From a virus (lineage: Duplodnaviria; Caudoviricetes): a stretch of DNA of 60,872 nucleotides. The stretch is taken from IMG/VR virus record IMGVR_UViG_3300044878_000242, positions 1 to 60,872 of that record; one strand, written 5' to 3'. This document shows positions 24,726 through 33,994 of the stretch, in pieces. A program made the position numbers and the translations under genes. The notes under the pieces were generated by a model. That model saw only the letters and a program-made list of their open reading frames with translations. It did not search any database and had not been told where the DNA came from. Numbering within the stretch: position 1 is the stretch's first letter; every line of letters starts with the position of its first letter.

Positions 24726-27611
24726 TCACACTCCCGTTTTAATCTTTCCGGTGCTAACTACTCCTGCAACCGCGCCGGTGCTAATCATTCCCGAAACCGT
24801 GCCAGTGGGTTTTACTCCATATACAGTGGCAACTACCGTAATAACCGCCAGGTTTAGGATTGACCCGGATCCCGATAGGGTCAACACGCCCAAGGTAATA
24901 TCCGCCGCTCCCATAACTCCGCGGCTGCCGGTGGCCGTCAGTACCAACGCCCCCAGGGTATTCGACGCTGCCGCTTGAATTGCCAGTGCTCCGTCCGAGC
25001 TGCTGGTCAGCGCCCCCAGCGTGTTCGAGGCCGCGCCCGCTATGGGCAGCGTCCCTGCCGAGGCCAGGGCCAACGCACCTAGCGTGCTTGAGGCCGCGCC
25101 CGCTATAGGCAGCGTCCCTGCCGAGTTGCTGGTCAATGCACCCATCGTGTTTGAGGCCGCCCCCACTATGGGCAGCGTCCCTGCGGCGCTGCTGGTGAGC
25201 GTCCCCAGCGTTATGACCGCGATTCCTAGTTGTCCACCGCCGCCGGTGGCCGCCAGGGTCAACGCACCCAGGGTATACGACGCTGCCGCTTGAATTGCCA
25301 GCGTCCCTGCCGAGGCCAGCGTCAACGCCCCCAGCGTATTCGATGCCGCGCCGGCTATAGGCAGCGTCCCTGCGGCGCTGCTGGTGAGCGTCCCCAGCGT
25401 TATGGCCGCCACGCCGGTCGTGCCAGCGGAACCGGTAGAGACCAGGGTCAGTGCGCCCAAAGTGTTTGATGCCGCGCCGGCTATCGGCAACGTCCCGGCG
25501 GCGCTGCTGGTGAGTGCCCCCAGCGTGTTTGAGGCCGCTGCCCGGAGCGCGATAACCGCTGCACTGGACAGGGTCAATGCCCCCATCGTGGGAGAAGCCG
25601 CCGCCTGAATTGCCAAAACCCCGGCTGCTCCGAGAAATGCCGTAGTAAATATCCAGGTCGGCCCATTGTTGGCCCCACCTGTGGTAAAAGAGCCGTTGTT
25701 CCCATTGCCACTGCTATCGGCAACGGTTGTGCCGGTCCCCTCATCAAGGTGAAATAGCCCAACCGTGTTTGCGTCTGCCGCAAACGGTGCTGATGGAACC
25801 GTGTAGGTTGTGCCGGTATAACGGATTGAATTAGAAACGCGGATCTCATCAAATTGGCCGATAAACTGACCAACCGTCCAATCAATAGCATGCTTTTCGC
25901 CGCCTAAACACATATACCGGTTGTAGGTGGAGGCGGCAGAATTTGAGGCAATATGCACATCGCCGGACGGCCCGCCCGCCTGATTTGCTTCCCGTACTCC
26001 ATCAAGATAAATTGCCATATCGCCGGATGACCGTACCCGCGTAATGGCAACGTGATGCCAAACATTGTCCCTGATGTTGGTCGATCCAATTATTGTGCGT
26101 TGACTGCCGGCGCTGTTTTCAATGCCAAAGGTCAAACGCCCATCAGTGATAGATAGCCCCCAATCACCGCCGCTGCCTAATGACCCTAAAATATCCCGGT
26201 CAAATAGAATCGGGGAATTGATCCAGCTATAATTGGCCCCGGCTGTGGCGGTGCCGTTGGGGTTGGTCGGGTCCGCCTTGACCCAAAACTCTATGGTAAA
26301 ATCAGCTTGACCAACGTTAATGGCGTCAGCCGGGTTGCACGGGATATATATTTTGTCAACGTTTGAGGCATTGCCTCCCCCGTAGACCCGCAGGCCCGCC
26401 CCGTTGTTTGTTACCAGTGCGCCGAGGGTTGCAGCTAAAATGCCCTGTTTTGTTGATAGGCCGGTGGCCGCCAGGGTCAGCGCTCCGAGGGTGTTGGATG
26501 CCGCTGCCCGGAGCGAGATAACCGCCGCGGCAGATAGAGTTAGCGCCCCCAGGGTGGGAGAGGCCGCGCCGGCTATCGGCAGCGTCCCGGCGGCGCTGCT
26601 GGTCAACGCGCCTAATGTGATACTGGCATCGCCAGTCAAACCACTCGCCAGCGTACCCGCTGAAGCCAGCGTCAACGCCCCCAACGTATTAGAGGCCGCC
26701 CCGGCTATCGGCAGCGTCCCGGCGGCGCTGCTGGTGAGCGTCCCCAGCGTGTTTGATGCCGCTGCCCGGAGCGCGATAACCGCTGCGCTAGATAGGGTCA
26801 ACGCCCCCAACGTATTAGAGGCCGCCCCGGCTATCGGTAGCGTCCCGGCGGCGCTGCTGGTGAGCGTCCCCAGCGTTATGGCCGCCGCTCCGGTTCTGCT
26901 CGCCGCTGCCGCAAAAGGGAAAACTATAGGCGGGCTGCCCCAGCCAATTGGCGGCCCGTCTTCATCGGTTAGAGTTCCGCTCTCTGTCCAGTTGTAGCCG
27001 TTGCCGGAGTAGTCCCGCGCTCGCTCCCCGCTGCCATTTAGAGCCGGCGTCCAGATATGGAGATTGCTGAAAAACAATGGGCGGACTGAATATTGCTCAT
27101 TCTGCAATTCAGCTAGCGTCCTGGCCACCGTCCAGACTTTGATATTGGCAATTCTGCCGTTGTATGGGTCCGAATTCCCGCTGGTACCGGCCCCAAATTC
27201 CATCCGGGTCGGCGCAGTCCTGCCGGTGGTAGATGTGCTATTAGTGGCCTGACTCGCCAAAGAAGTTGTCGCAGTTCCGATATACCCCACCCGGCTGTTA
27301 TTGGCGCTGCGGATCAGACCGACACAATACCAGGTGTTGGGGCTGAGGTTTGTTGAGCCAATCGTCTCCACAAACGCGCCGGCCTCCTGGAATCCGACCG
27401 ATAACCGAGTATCAACCCCCGATTGGCCAACTAATGCCAGATAGTCCGTATCGTTTGTGTTGTCGTTAATTTGCCACAGATTAAAATAGACGTTGTTGCC
27501 CGGACGGGTCGGGAAATAAAACCAAAAACACACCGTATAATTTGCATCATAGCTGGGCAAATTAGCGGTTCGCAGCAGTCTATCTGCGGCAGCGTCAAAT
27601 CGAACAGCCAT
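24726..27611 (-). CDS. Fibre-like protein with two LamG domains and ~21-aa repeats
   Basis: LamG motifs (FTIEFWVK, WHHVA, GQFDEIRVS); many AASNTLGALTSSAAGTLPIAG repeats. Confidence 0.8.
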   Translation of the reverse strand: MAVRFDAAADRLLRTANLPSYDANYTVCFWFYFPTRPGNNVYFNLWQINDNTNDTDYLALVGQSGVDTRLSVGFQEAGAFVETIGSTNLSPNTWYCVGLIRSANNSRVGYIGTATTSLASQATNSTSTTGRTAPTRMEFGAGTSGNSDPYNGRIANIKVWTVARTLAELQNEQYSVRPLFFSNLHIWTPALNGSGERARDYSGNGYNWTESGTLTDEDGPPIGWGSPPIVFPFAAAASRTGAAAITLGTLTSSAAGTLPIAGAASNTLGALTLSSAAVIALRAAASNTLGTLTSSAAGTLPIAGAASNTLGALTLASAGTLASGLTGDASITLGALTSSAAGTLPIAGAASPTLGALTLSAAAVISLRAAASNTLGALTLAATGLSTKQGILAATLGALVTNNGAGLRVYGGGNASNVDKIYIPCNPADAINVGQADFTIEFWVKADPTNPNGTATAGANYSWINSPILFDRDILGSLGSGGDWGLSITDGRLTFGIENSAGSQRTIIGSTNIRDNVWHHVAITRVRSSGDMAIYLDGVREANQAGGPSGDVHIASNSAASTYNRYMCLGGEKHAIDWTVGQFIGQFDEIRVSNSIRYTGTTYTVPSAPFAADANTVGLFHLDEGTGTTVADSSGNGNNGSFTTGGANNGPTWIFTTAFLGAAGVLAIQAAASPTMGALTLSSAAVIALRAAASNTLGALTSSAAGTLPIAGAASNTLGALTLVSTGSAGTTGVAAITLGTLTSSAAGTLPIAGAASNTLGALTLASAGTLAIQAAASYTLGALTLAATGGGGQLGIAVITLGTLTSSAAGTLPIVGAASNTMGALTSNSAGTLPIAGAASSTLGALALASAGTLPIAGAASNTLGALTSSSDGALAIQAAASNTLGALVLTATGSRGVMGAADITLGVLTLSGSGSILNLAVITVVATVYGVKPTGTVSGMISTGAVAGVVSTGKIKTGV

Positions 27612-28105
27612 TACGCGGCGTCCCTCAACTCAATAGATTCACAATAAAAATCGCCCGTGGCGCTGTCGGTTGAGCCGGTGCCATCCGCATCCCGGCCAAA
27701 TTCAATCCTGAACGTGTCACCGGCCGCCATACTATCGGCGTTTGTCAAGGTAATAGTGGTTTCAAACAAATAGCCGGCGGTGCCGGGGACCGCCGCGCTG
27801 GTGGCATAGTTGATCGTGTCAAACGAGGTGGTGGCGTCCAGGTCAACGGCGTCGCCCGGCGTCACCGCCTCCACCGCCGCCCGCAGTCCAACCGTGTTGG
27901 AAGTAGCGCTTTGCATGATACCTTTGACTACCAGGGTCAACGTACCCGTCAACCCCTGGGGGGCAACCCCGTTGAGATAGCACGTTTCGTCAGTCGTTGC
28001 GTCAAACGCCAGATAAAGCCGGCCGTTCAGGGCCGTAATTTGAGGTATATTCGTCAGCCCGGTAAAATCGACGTTTCGGGCATCCCATCTTTGCCGTGTT
28101 GCCAT
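27611..28105 (-). CDS. Virion structural protein
   Basis: Beta-rich, translationally coupled within the structural module. Confidence 0.55.
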   Translation of the reverse strand: MATRQRWDARNVDFTGLTNIPQITALNGRLYLAFDATTDETCYLNGVAPQGLTGTLTLVVKGIMQSATSNTVGLRAAVEAVTPGDAVDLDATTSFDTINYATSAAVPGTAGYLFETTITLTNADSMAAGDTFRIEFGRDADGTGSTDSATGDFYCESIELRDAA

Positions 28106-28456
28106 CTAGTACGCCTCCAGGCCGAACGCAGCCACGGTTACGCTGCTCACGCCAGAATAATCCACATAAATCGTCCCGATGTCGCCCGCCATCTGATTGT
28201 ACAAACTCGGCGGCCATGGCCCCAGCTTGCGCCTGGCCCCGGCCGGTATACTCACCTGCCGCTCGCTTACCGCCAAACTGTCCACCGTCCCCGGCGTCTG
28301 CACCGATACCGTCACCGCCCCGCCGCCGCCATTGATCACTTCCAGCCACATCCGTCCGTCATTGTCCACCCTTTCCCCATCGGCATTGGCCGCGACAAAC
28401 GTTTCGGCCACCCCGTTTCGATTCACCGTTTGTACCGTCAGCGGGATCCGCGCCAT
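28106..28456 (-). CDS. Virion structural protein
   Basis: Coupled ORF; paralog of 23416-23895. Confidence 0.6.
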   Translation of the reverse strand: MARIPLTVQTVNRNGVAETFVAANADGERVDNDGRMWLEVINGGGGAVTVSVQTPGTVDSLAVSERQVSIPAGARRKLGPWPPSLYNQMAGDIGTIYVDYSGVSSVTVAAFGLEAY

Positions 28457-28851
28457 TAGTTAGCCTCCACCACCAAAGCTAATCTCATTACGATGCTGGA
28501 GTATTTCGTCTTTGGCTCGCCAATTACCTCATACACCAGCGGCTTCTCCAGCGCCCGGCCGTGTAAGTGGGTCAATCTAAACCGGTCCTGAACGTATACC
28601 GTCGTCCCCAGCTTTACCCGGATTCGCGCCTCCTGCGCCGGCGCTTCCGTCAACTCCATCCCCTCTTTGGGCTGGCCTTCCGGCCGGAACAAACACGCTA
28701 CCTCGCCCCATTCCCGGTAATTCTCCGGTCTATCCAGCCCGTATTTGTCCTTAACCCCTTCCAAAAACCGCAGCAGCACCGCCCGATCCATCAATGCCTC
28801 GGTATGCAGTGCTTTCATCCGGCCAATTGTCGCCTCGCTCAAAAACATCAA
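28456..28851 (-). CDS. Head-closure/head-tail joining protein
   Basis: Size, beta pattern (YEVIG) and position. Confidence 0.6.
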   Translation of the reverse strand: MMFLSEATIGRMKALHTEALMDRAVLLRFLEGVKDKYGLDRPENYREWGEVACLFRPEGQPKEGMELTEAPAQEARIRVKLGTTVYVQDRFRLTHLHGRALEKPLVYEVIGEPKTKYSSIVMRLALVVEAN

Positions 28852-29240
28852 AACACCACCACGGTTGGCGTATAGCCGCTTACTGCGCCGCCGCCGCCAC
28901 CACCCGCCGCCGGCGATTCGTCAAAATATCCATTAAATTCGTCCATGGCCTTTTGCGCCAACTGCTGAAAATGCCTTACCCGCTGGATGCTGATCGTCCG
29001 GCTCACCTCATCCACCCCGGCCTGGTCCGGTTCGCTGGCCATCCGATTCGCCACAAACGTGTAGGCCCGGTAATACACCCAGGCTGTAGCAGCCGAATCG
29101 AAAAATGAGCCGGCCCGAGCTGCCTTTACCCTGGCCTGGTTTAACCACTCGGTTACATTCTCGATCATATCGCCGTCGGGAAAAAACGATGCCTGAATGT
29201 CGCCCTTCGGCGCAATCAGATCAGTTGGATTTAAGGCCAC
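28848..29240 (-). CDS. Head-tail adaptor protein
   Basis: Helical ~130 aa downstream of the capsid gene; GTG start at VALNPT. Confidence 0.55.
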   Translation of the reverse strand: MALNPTDLIAPKGDIQASFFPDGDMIENVTEWLNQARVKAARAGSFFDSAATAWVYYRAYTFVANRMASEPDQAGVDEVSRTISIQRVRHFQQLAQKAMDEFNGYFDESPAAGGGGGGAVSGYTPTVVVF

Positions 29241-29427
29241 GGTCCGCCTCGATCTTGGCTTTTTCTTTGCCCCAATCGGCAAAACCCTGGCCCAGAATGT
29301 AGGCCGAGATCAAGCCAACCACCTCAAGCGCCTTTGTCTCATCCAGGCCGGGGATATACTGCTGCACTATTACCACTATCAACCCAACTAATAGCGCCTG
29401 AAATTTCTTTGATTTCAAAATGTCCAC
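29221..29427 (-). CDS. Putative holin
   Basis: 68 aa, KSKKF followed by two TM segments and a charged C-terminus. Confidence 0.55.
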   Translation of the reverse strand: MDILKSKKFQALLVGLIVVIVQQYIPGLDETKALEVVGLISAYILGQGFADWGKEKAKIEADRGLKSN

Positions 29428-29438
29428 GCGGACCTCCG

Positions 29439-30338
29439 TTAAACGGGCACCCCGTAGGCTCTCCCGTCATCGCCAGAATATGATTGATCTAGCAGCTCCC
29501 TGGTTTTACCCGCTACTTCATGGTAGGTTTCTTTTTCTTTTTCTTCATCGCTCACCGCTGCTTTTTTGAATAATCGCGCCAGGTCGCCGGGGTTGGTCAG
29601 GGCAGGCTTGCCCACGGCCTTTGGCTTAAAGTGCACCGCCCAGGTGTCCCAATCCACAAACAGCGATTCCAACCCGTATGCCCCAAACAATAGCGCCACG
29701 TCCCGCGTAAAGGTCACATCCTCGGTGCTGCTCTTGTGGGTTTGGCGACCGTCTTCCCACTCGTAATAAAACCACGGCGTGGGCAGCCGCAACAACTCGC
29801 CCCCTACCGGAAAGCCGGTAAACACCCGCATGTCAATAGCAATCAACCCGGTGGGCAGCGCGGCCACCGCCTCAATCCCGCGTCGTTCCGCCGCTTCCTC
29901 ACGCGAGAATTGGCTTAAAGCAAAGTCTGGATTGGGATTATTGCTTTGATAATTCCGCCATCTAAAAATGTACACGTTTTCGTGGGGGGGAGGGCCGCAA
30001 TAGGGTGCGGCAATTACCGTGGGGGCCTCGTTCCAGCGCCGGGCTATAAAATCCAGCGCCCTGGGCCACCAATGGGCCGTGGGGTCAATCAGGTCCGGCC
30101 CCATATCCGAATCGACCATCACCAGGATATCCACGCCGCGCTCAATCGCGTCTACCACGCACCGATTCCGGCTCATCGTTACCGGCGTGTCATTTAACCG
30201 CCAATGCTCCAGGCTGCCCACCCTGGGGTCTCGCCCGGACTGGATCAGGAAATTGATGATAAAATCAACTTCCCCCGGATGCTCACAGTTGTTGCCCGGA
30301 AACCGGGCCAACATCACCTTGAATAATTGCTCCATCAC
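29439..30338 (-). CDS. GT-A fold glycosyltransferase
   Basis: SRN...ILVMVDSDM (DxD), TGLIAI..VF, PWF, TEDVTF. Confidence 0.75.
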   Translation of the reverse strand: MMEQLFKVMLARFPGNNCEHPGEVDFIINFLIQSGRDPRVGSLEHWRLNDTPVTMSRNRCVVDAIERGVDILVMVDSDMGPDLIDPTAHWWPRALDFIARRWNEAPTVIAAPYCGPPPHENVYIFRWRNYQSNNPNPDFALSQFSREEAAERRGIEAVAALPTGLIAIDMRVFTGFPVGGELLRLPTPWFYYEWEDGRQTHKSSTEDVTFTRDVALLFGAYGLESLFVDWDTWAVHFKPKAVGKPALTNPGDLARLFKKAAVSDEEKEKETYHEVAGKTRELLDQSYSGDDGRAYGVPV

Positions 30339-30424
30339 ATCTCCCTGAGACGATTTATTTACACAGGTAGCAGAGCGACCCTTGCCGCCCTGCTACCTAC
30401 TACCTACTGCCTACTTCCTACTGC

Positions 30425-31540
30425 CTACGAACTCATATCCGTGGTACTGATTACCACCCGCTCCGGCGCTTCGATCACTGGCAAGCCGTTGCTTACCCCG
30501 CGACCTTCCAGCGCCCATGGCTCCTGCTCCGGCGTGTACACATCCGCCCACCGGCCAGGGCGACCGCCGCCCTCAACCGTGGGTCCCAGATGGGTATAGC
30601 CCAACGCTTCCGGGGCCTCCATTGTCGATCCCTCGCCTACAACGTAGCGGGGCCGGGCATCGGTCCCCACAAAAACCACCTTACCCCGTGGCATAAACGG
30701 CACTTTTGTGGTCTGGCCAGGATTGGCCAGGTCAAAAATCTCGCCTTCATACCCGTAGGGGATCAGGTTGATCCGGTACAACTCGTTCTGGTCCAGGTTG
30801 GGGCTGGTGTCCGTCCCGCCGGCTCGCCGGGTGATGGTGATCACCCCGTTGTTATCGGTGATCTGCCCAATGGCGTTGACGCTGTTATACACAATGTCGT
30901 CCAGGGTGTCCGGGTGAAGGATGACCGCCCGGATTTGCCGCTTGAGCTGCTTGCGGGCCAACTTCACATCGTCCCACCATTTGGAGGTGGTGCCGTAATA
31001 TGAGTTGCCGGAGCCGGTCCGGGCCGTCAGTTTGTTCGCGGCCGGGATACCATAATCAACCGATAGCGTCTTTTTGTTGAACGTCCAGTTGATCGCGCCC
31101 GTCACCAAGGCCTGACCACGCAGATACTCAAACGTGTCCAGGTGGGCCTGCACAATCAGCTTGTCCACAAAGTTCAGAGCCTCGCTTTGCAGCGTCTCCA
31201 GCGTGGGTTGATTGTTGATCATCATGTGCATCAACATATTTTGCAGTTGACGCAGGGCTGATTCCGGCAGCCGCACCCGGTTGGCGATTTTGGCCGTTTC
31301 CTCAGTGAAGGTCTGGACATCGATCACCCCGCCCTCGGCGTATGGCGAATCCATCGCCGCCAGGCCGGCCATCGTGGTCCGCACCGTCATTGAGCCGGAT
31401 TTGGCCTGATAATCATAACTGTTTCGTTCAGGCAACAACGTCGCAAACAGATACGCTGCCGGCGGTCGAGCCTGATTCGCTACCATAAACGCGGCCCCGG
31501 TGGGCAGCGCTGCTAACGCCTGTGAGAAATTAAAGTTCAT
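30425..31540 (-). CDS. Major capsid protein
   Basis: 371 aa; EYLRGQALVTGAI and VDYGIPA motifs of the major capsid E-like family; follows scaffold and decoration genes. Confidence 0.85.
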   Translation of the reverse strand: MNFNFSQALAALPTGAAFMVANQARPPAAYLFATLLPERNSYDYQAKSGSMTVRTTMAGLAAMDSPYAEGGVIDVQTFTEETAKIANRVRLPESALRQLQNMLMHMMINNQPTLETLQSEALNFVDKLIVQAHLDTFEYLRGQALVTGAINWTFNKKTLSVDYGIPAANKLTARTGSGNSYYGTTSKWWDDVKLARKQLKRQIRAVILHPDTLDDIVYNSVNAIGQITDNNGVITITRRAGGTDTSPNLDQNELYRINLIPYGYEGEIFDLANPGQTTKVPFMPRGKVVFVGTDARPRYVVGEGSTMEAPEALGYTHLGPTVEGGGRPGRWADVYTPEQEPWALEGRGVSNGLPVIEAPERVVISTTDMSS

Positions 31541-31566
31541 GGTCGTTATTCCTTATCCTTTTCGCC

Positions 31567-32223
31567 TTAAGTCCGATTGTCCGCGTACTGCTCAAACGCA
31601 AACCCGGTTGAAGGCGGATTGGTGGCGTTGCTCAGTTCGGTTTTGTAGGCCGCCGTCAGGGTGCCCGTGGTTCCGCCGGTTGCATCCGGCAGCAGGTTTT
31701 CATAGAGAACCCCGCCGATGATCACCCCGTAACCGCTTTTTGAGGCCGTCACGTCGTTTTCAATTGCATTGGTTTCCAAAAACCCCACGCACGTTTCAGA
31801 ACCAGGACGGTCGCTGCGCGGCGCAATTTTGCCGCCGGTTAGCTCTACCACGGCTTTGCCTGCCGGCAGCGTTTTTGCTCCACTGCCGCCGTATACGGCT
31901 GTTCCCGCATTGGGGATCTGTACCGGCAGCGCCTGCACCGATAGCTGGGTTGCCCCGGCTGCTGCGGCTGCTGTTACCAGCGCAAACCGTCCGGTCGCAC
32001 CAAAATACAACGTGGTGTTGGCCGGGATCGCTCCACCCAGGGCGCTTACCGCCATGGTCGTCGCTCCCGTTGCCGCCGTCGCCGATGCGGTCACTGCTAC
32101 CGCTCCCTGGCGGTACGAATCCGGGACTGCGCTCCAATCAACCTGGCGTCCGCTGTTGCGATTGATACTTTTCTGATCAACCACAAACGGAGGCCGTGTT
32201 ACTCTAAAAGTTTGGTTGCCCAT
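31567..32223 (-). CDS. Head decoration protein
   Basis: KTLPAGK...GFLET...GVLYENLLP; located between scaffold and capsid genes. Confidence 0.7.
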   Translation of the reverse strand: MGNQTFRVTRPPFVVDQKSINRNSGRQVDWSAVPDSYRQGAVAVTASATAATGATTMAVSALGGAIPANTTLYFGATGRFALVTAAAAAGATQLSVQALPVQIPNAGTAVYGGSGAKTLPAGKAVVELTGGKIAPRSDRPGSETCVGFLETNAIENDVTASKSGYGVIIGGVLYENLLPDATGGTTGTLTAAYKTELSNATNPPSTGFAFEQYADNRT

Positions 32224-32269
32224 AAAGGCCCTCCTTGAAAATACTAATTACTGATTAACTAAAATTCCC

Positions 32270-33031
32270 TCACGGCTTCCTAAGCGGATTGGGTTGGTTG
32301 TCACGAGCCTGCTGCGCCTTGCCCAAAAAGTCCTTGACTATGTTTTGAGCCGCGCCTCCTCCGCCCGTGTTTTGTGGTACAAACGTGGTCCCTGCCGGAG
32401 GTGGCGTTTCTGCTACCAGGGCCGGCATAAAATCGGCCCACTGCCCTTTAACGTATTCGTCCAATCGCGTGGGCGGGTTGCCCTCGCCATTGGTCACAAA
32501 CGCCACCGCCACCTTTTTCCCATCGGCCTCGACCTCTTTCAGTTCAATCGGCGTATCGCCAATTAACTGCGCCAAAACCTTCACCTTGAACTTGTGTGCC
32601 TCAGCCGCCTGTTGCAGTACGCTCTGCCGCTTCAGGCCGGTCAACTCGGAGCTTGCCGCCATTAGATCGGCCTTGATTTTTTTCAGCTCTTCCGCCGACC
32701 CCAGCGCCTCATACTGCTCGATCAGCGCCGCTTTTGCGCTGTCCACCGTTACAGTGCCCTCTTTGGGCAGCTTATCCTGTAACTGCTTCAGTTGATCCCG
32801 GATCTCCCGATTTTTGTCACGCGCTTTGTAATTGTCGCTAAACAATTCCAAAATCACCGCCATCAAATCGTTCTTGTGCTTCGAGATCAGCGCGTTCACC
32901 CCGTCATTGGCGCTGCCGCCCGCCGGAGGGTTACTCCCGCCCTGCTCTCCGCCGCCGCCGCTTGGATCGCCCTCGGCCATCCACAGCGCCAGCATTGGTA
33001 CCAAAAAGTGAAACAATCTAAACAACAACAT
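32270..33031 (-). CDS. Capsid scaffolding protein
   Basis: Low-complexity N-terminus, coiled coil, position. Confidence 0.7.
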   Translation of the reverse strand: MLLFRLFHFLVPMLALWMAEGDPSGGGGEQGGSNPPAGGSANDGVNALISKHKNDLMAVILELFSDNYKARDKNREIRDQLKQLQDKLPKEGTVTVDSAKAALIEQYEALGSAEELKKIKADLMAASSELTGLKRQSVLQQAAEAHKFKVKVLAQLIGDTPIELKEVEADGKKVAVAFVTNGEGNPPTRLDEYVKGQWADFMPALVAETPPPAGTTFVPQNTGGGGAAQNIVKDFLGKAQQARDNQPNPLRKP

Positions 33032-33058
33032 CTCTAAACTCCTTGAGCTAGAAAATAA

Positions 33059-33091
33059 GAAAGCCTCGCTACCGAATCGGTAGCGAGGCTA
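33059..33091 (-). terminator. Hairpin, terminator-like
   Basis: AGCCTCGCTACCG-aat-CGGTAGCGAGGCT followed by TTTCTTATTTT on the minus strand. Confidence 0.5.
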
Positions 33092-33342
33092 TATGGCGAG
33101 GCTAACTTGTTTGCCGTGGGGCCAGTTGGCCCGTGGGGCATCAACCTATAAAATTGTTACTTACATAATATCAGAAAATTCGTTCTAATGCAATCCCCCT
33201 ATCCCTTTTCTCTCTCCGCCAATACCTCACGATAAGTTGGCGCCGGCTCACCCGTCACCAATTCATACAACGCCGCGCACAGGTTCAGCGCCGCTCGTAA
33301 AAGTTTTTGGTAGGCCATCAGTTTGTTTTTTGCCATAGTTCC

Positions 33343-33370
33343 AGGTCACACAAGGAAACTTGTCCCGCCT
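33343..33370 (+). repeat. 28-bp motif, copy 5
   Basis: AGGTCACACAA-GGAAAC-TTGTCCCGCCT. Confidence 0.85.
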
Positions 33371-33415
33371 AATTAGTTCCATCCCCCTAGCAGGGGGAGG
33401 GCTGGGGAGGGGGTC

Positions 33416-33625
33416 CTACCCCCGCAATCTCCCCGTGAAACTCTCCCCCGCCGCAATAAACCCCATCAGCCGGTAGACCTCCTTGGCTGTGTCCGCCTTC
33501 TCTATCGCCTCCATTGCCTCCGCTTCCCGTTTATCAATAAACGCATGCGCATTTTTAGCCATTCGCTCGATGGCGTGCAGAGCTTCACTCTTGGCCGCTA
33601 CCAGCGTTTTTATTTCTTCTGTCAT
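33416..33625 (-). CDS. Hypothetical protein
   Basis: Helical ORF from MTEEIK with AAGGA RBS. Confidence 0.5.
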   Translation of the reverse strand: MTEEIKTLVAAKSEALHAIERMAKNAHAFIDKREAEAMEAIEKADTAKEVYRLMGFIAAGESFTGRLRG

Positions 33626-33701
33626 GATGGTTTTTCCTTGTGCAAATTTTGCATAAACAGCCAACTCTTTTCGCTGTTTGTTTGATTATGTTATATTCCT
33701 A

Positions 33702-33730
33702 TTGCAAAAAACACACACTTGTGATAAAAT
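33702..33730 (+). promoter_or_regulatory. Sigma70-like promoter for 33737-33994
   Basis: TTGCAA-17nt-TAAAAT with an extended TG; ATG only 6 nt downstream (leaderless-like). Confidence 0.55.
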
Positions 33731-33736
33731 GGCTTT

Positions 33737-33994
33737 ATGCGTACAGTCAAACAAATCGGGCAACACATGCTTTTGTTTAATCAAATTTCGGCTAACGGCG
33801 GTGATTTCTATGTTACTGATTGTCAGCCTTGGGCTATAAAAACTGGTTGTGATCGGCTTGATTGCCCCATGCGTTCTCTAAAAGTTGCTCCTGAAGCTGC
33901 GCCCGATAGTGTATTGATTCAATGCTCCCCCGCCGGCGACTTGGCAGACCTACTCATAAAGATTCGCCACACTCAATTCACCCCGGTTGCCTAA
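33737..33994 (+). CDS. Moron-like hypothetical protein
   Basis: AT-rich, opposite strand, own promoter. Confidence 0.5.
   Translation: MRTVKQIGQHMLLFNQISANGGDFYVTDCQPWAIKTGCDRLDCPMRSLKVAPEAAPDSVLIQCSPAGDLADLLIKIRHTQFTPVA

Noticed and set aside
24726-26900. 63-bp repeats as a CRISPR array or DGR template/variable repeats
   Set aside because: They are in-frame coding repeats with mostly synonymous variation, and no reverse transcriptase gene is present.
10664-32800. Numerous plus-strand and alternative-frame ORFs overlapping structural genes
   Set aside because: They are shadow ORFs of GC-rich minus-strand genes, with no motifs or RBS.
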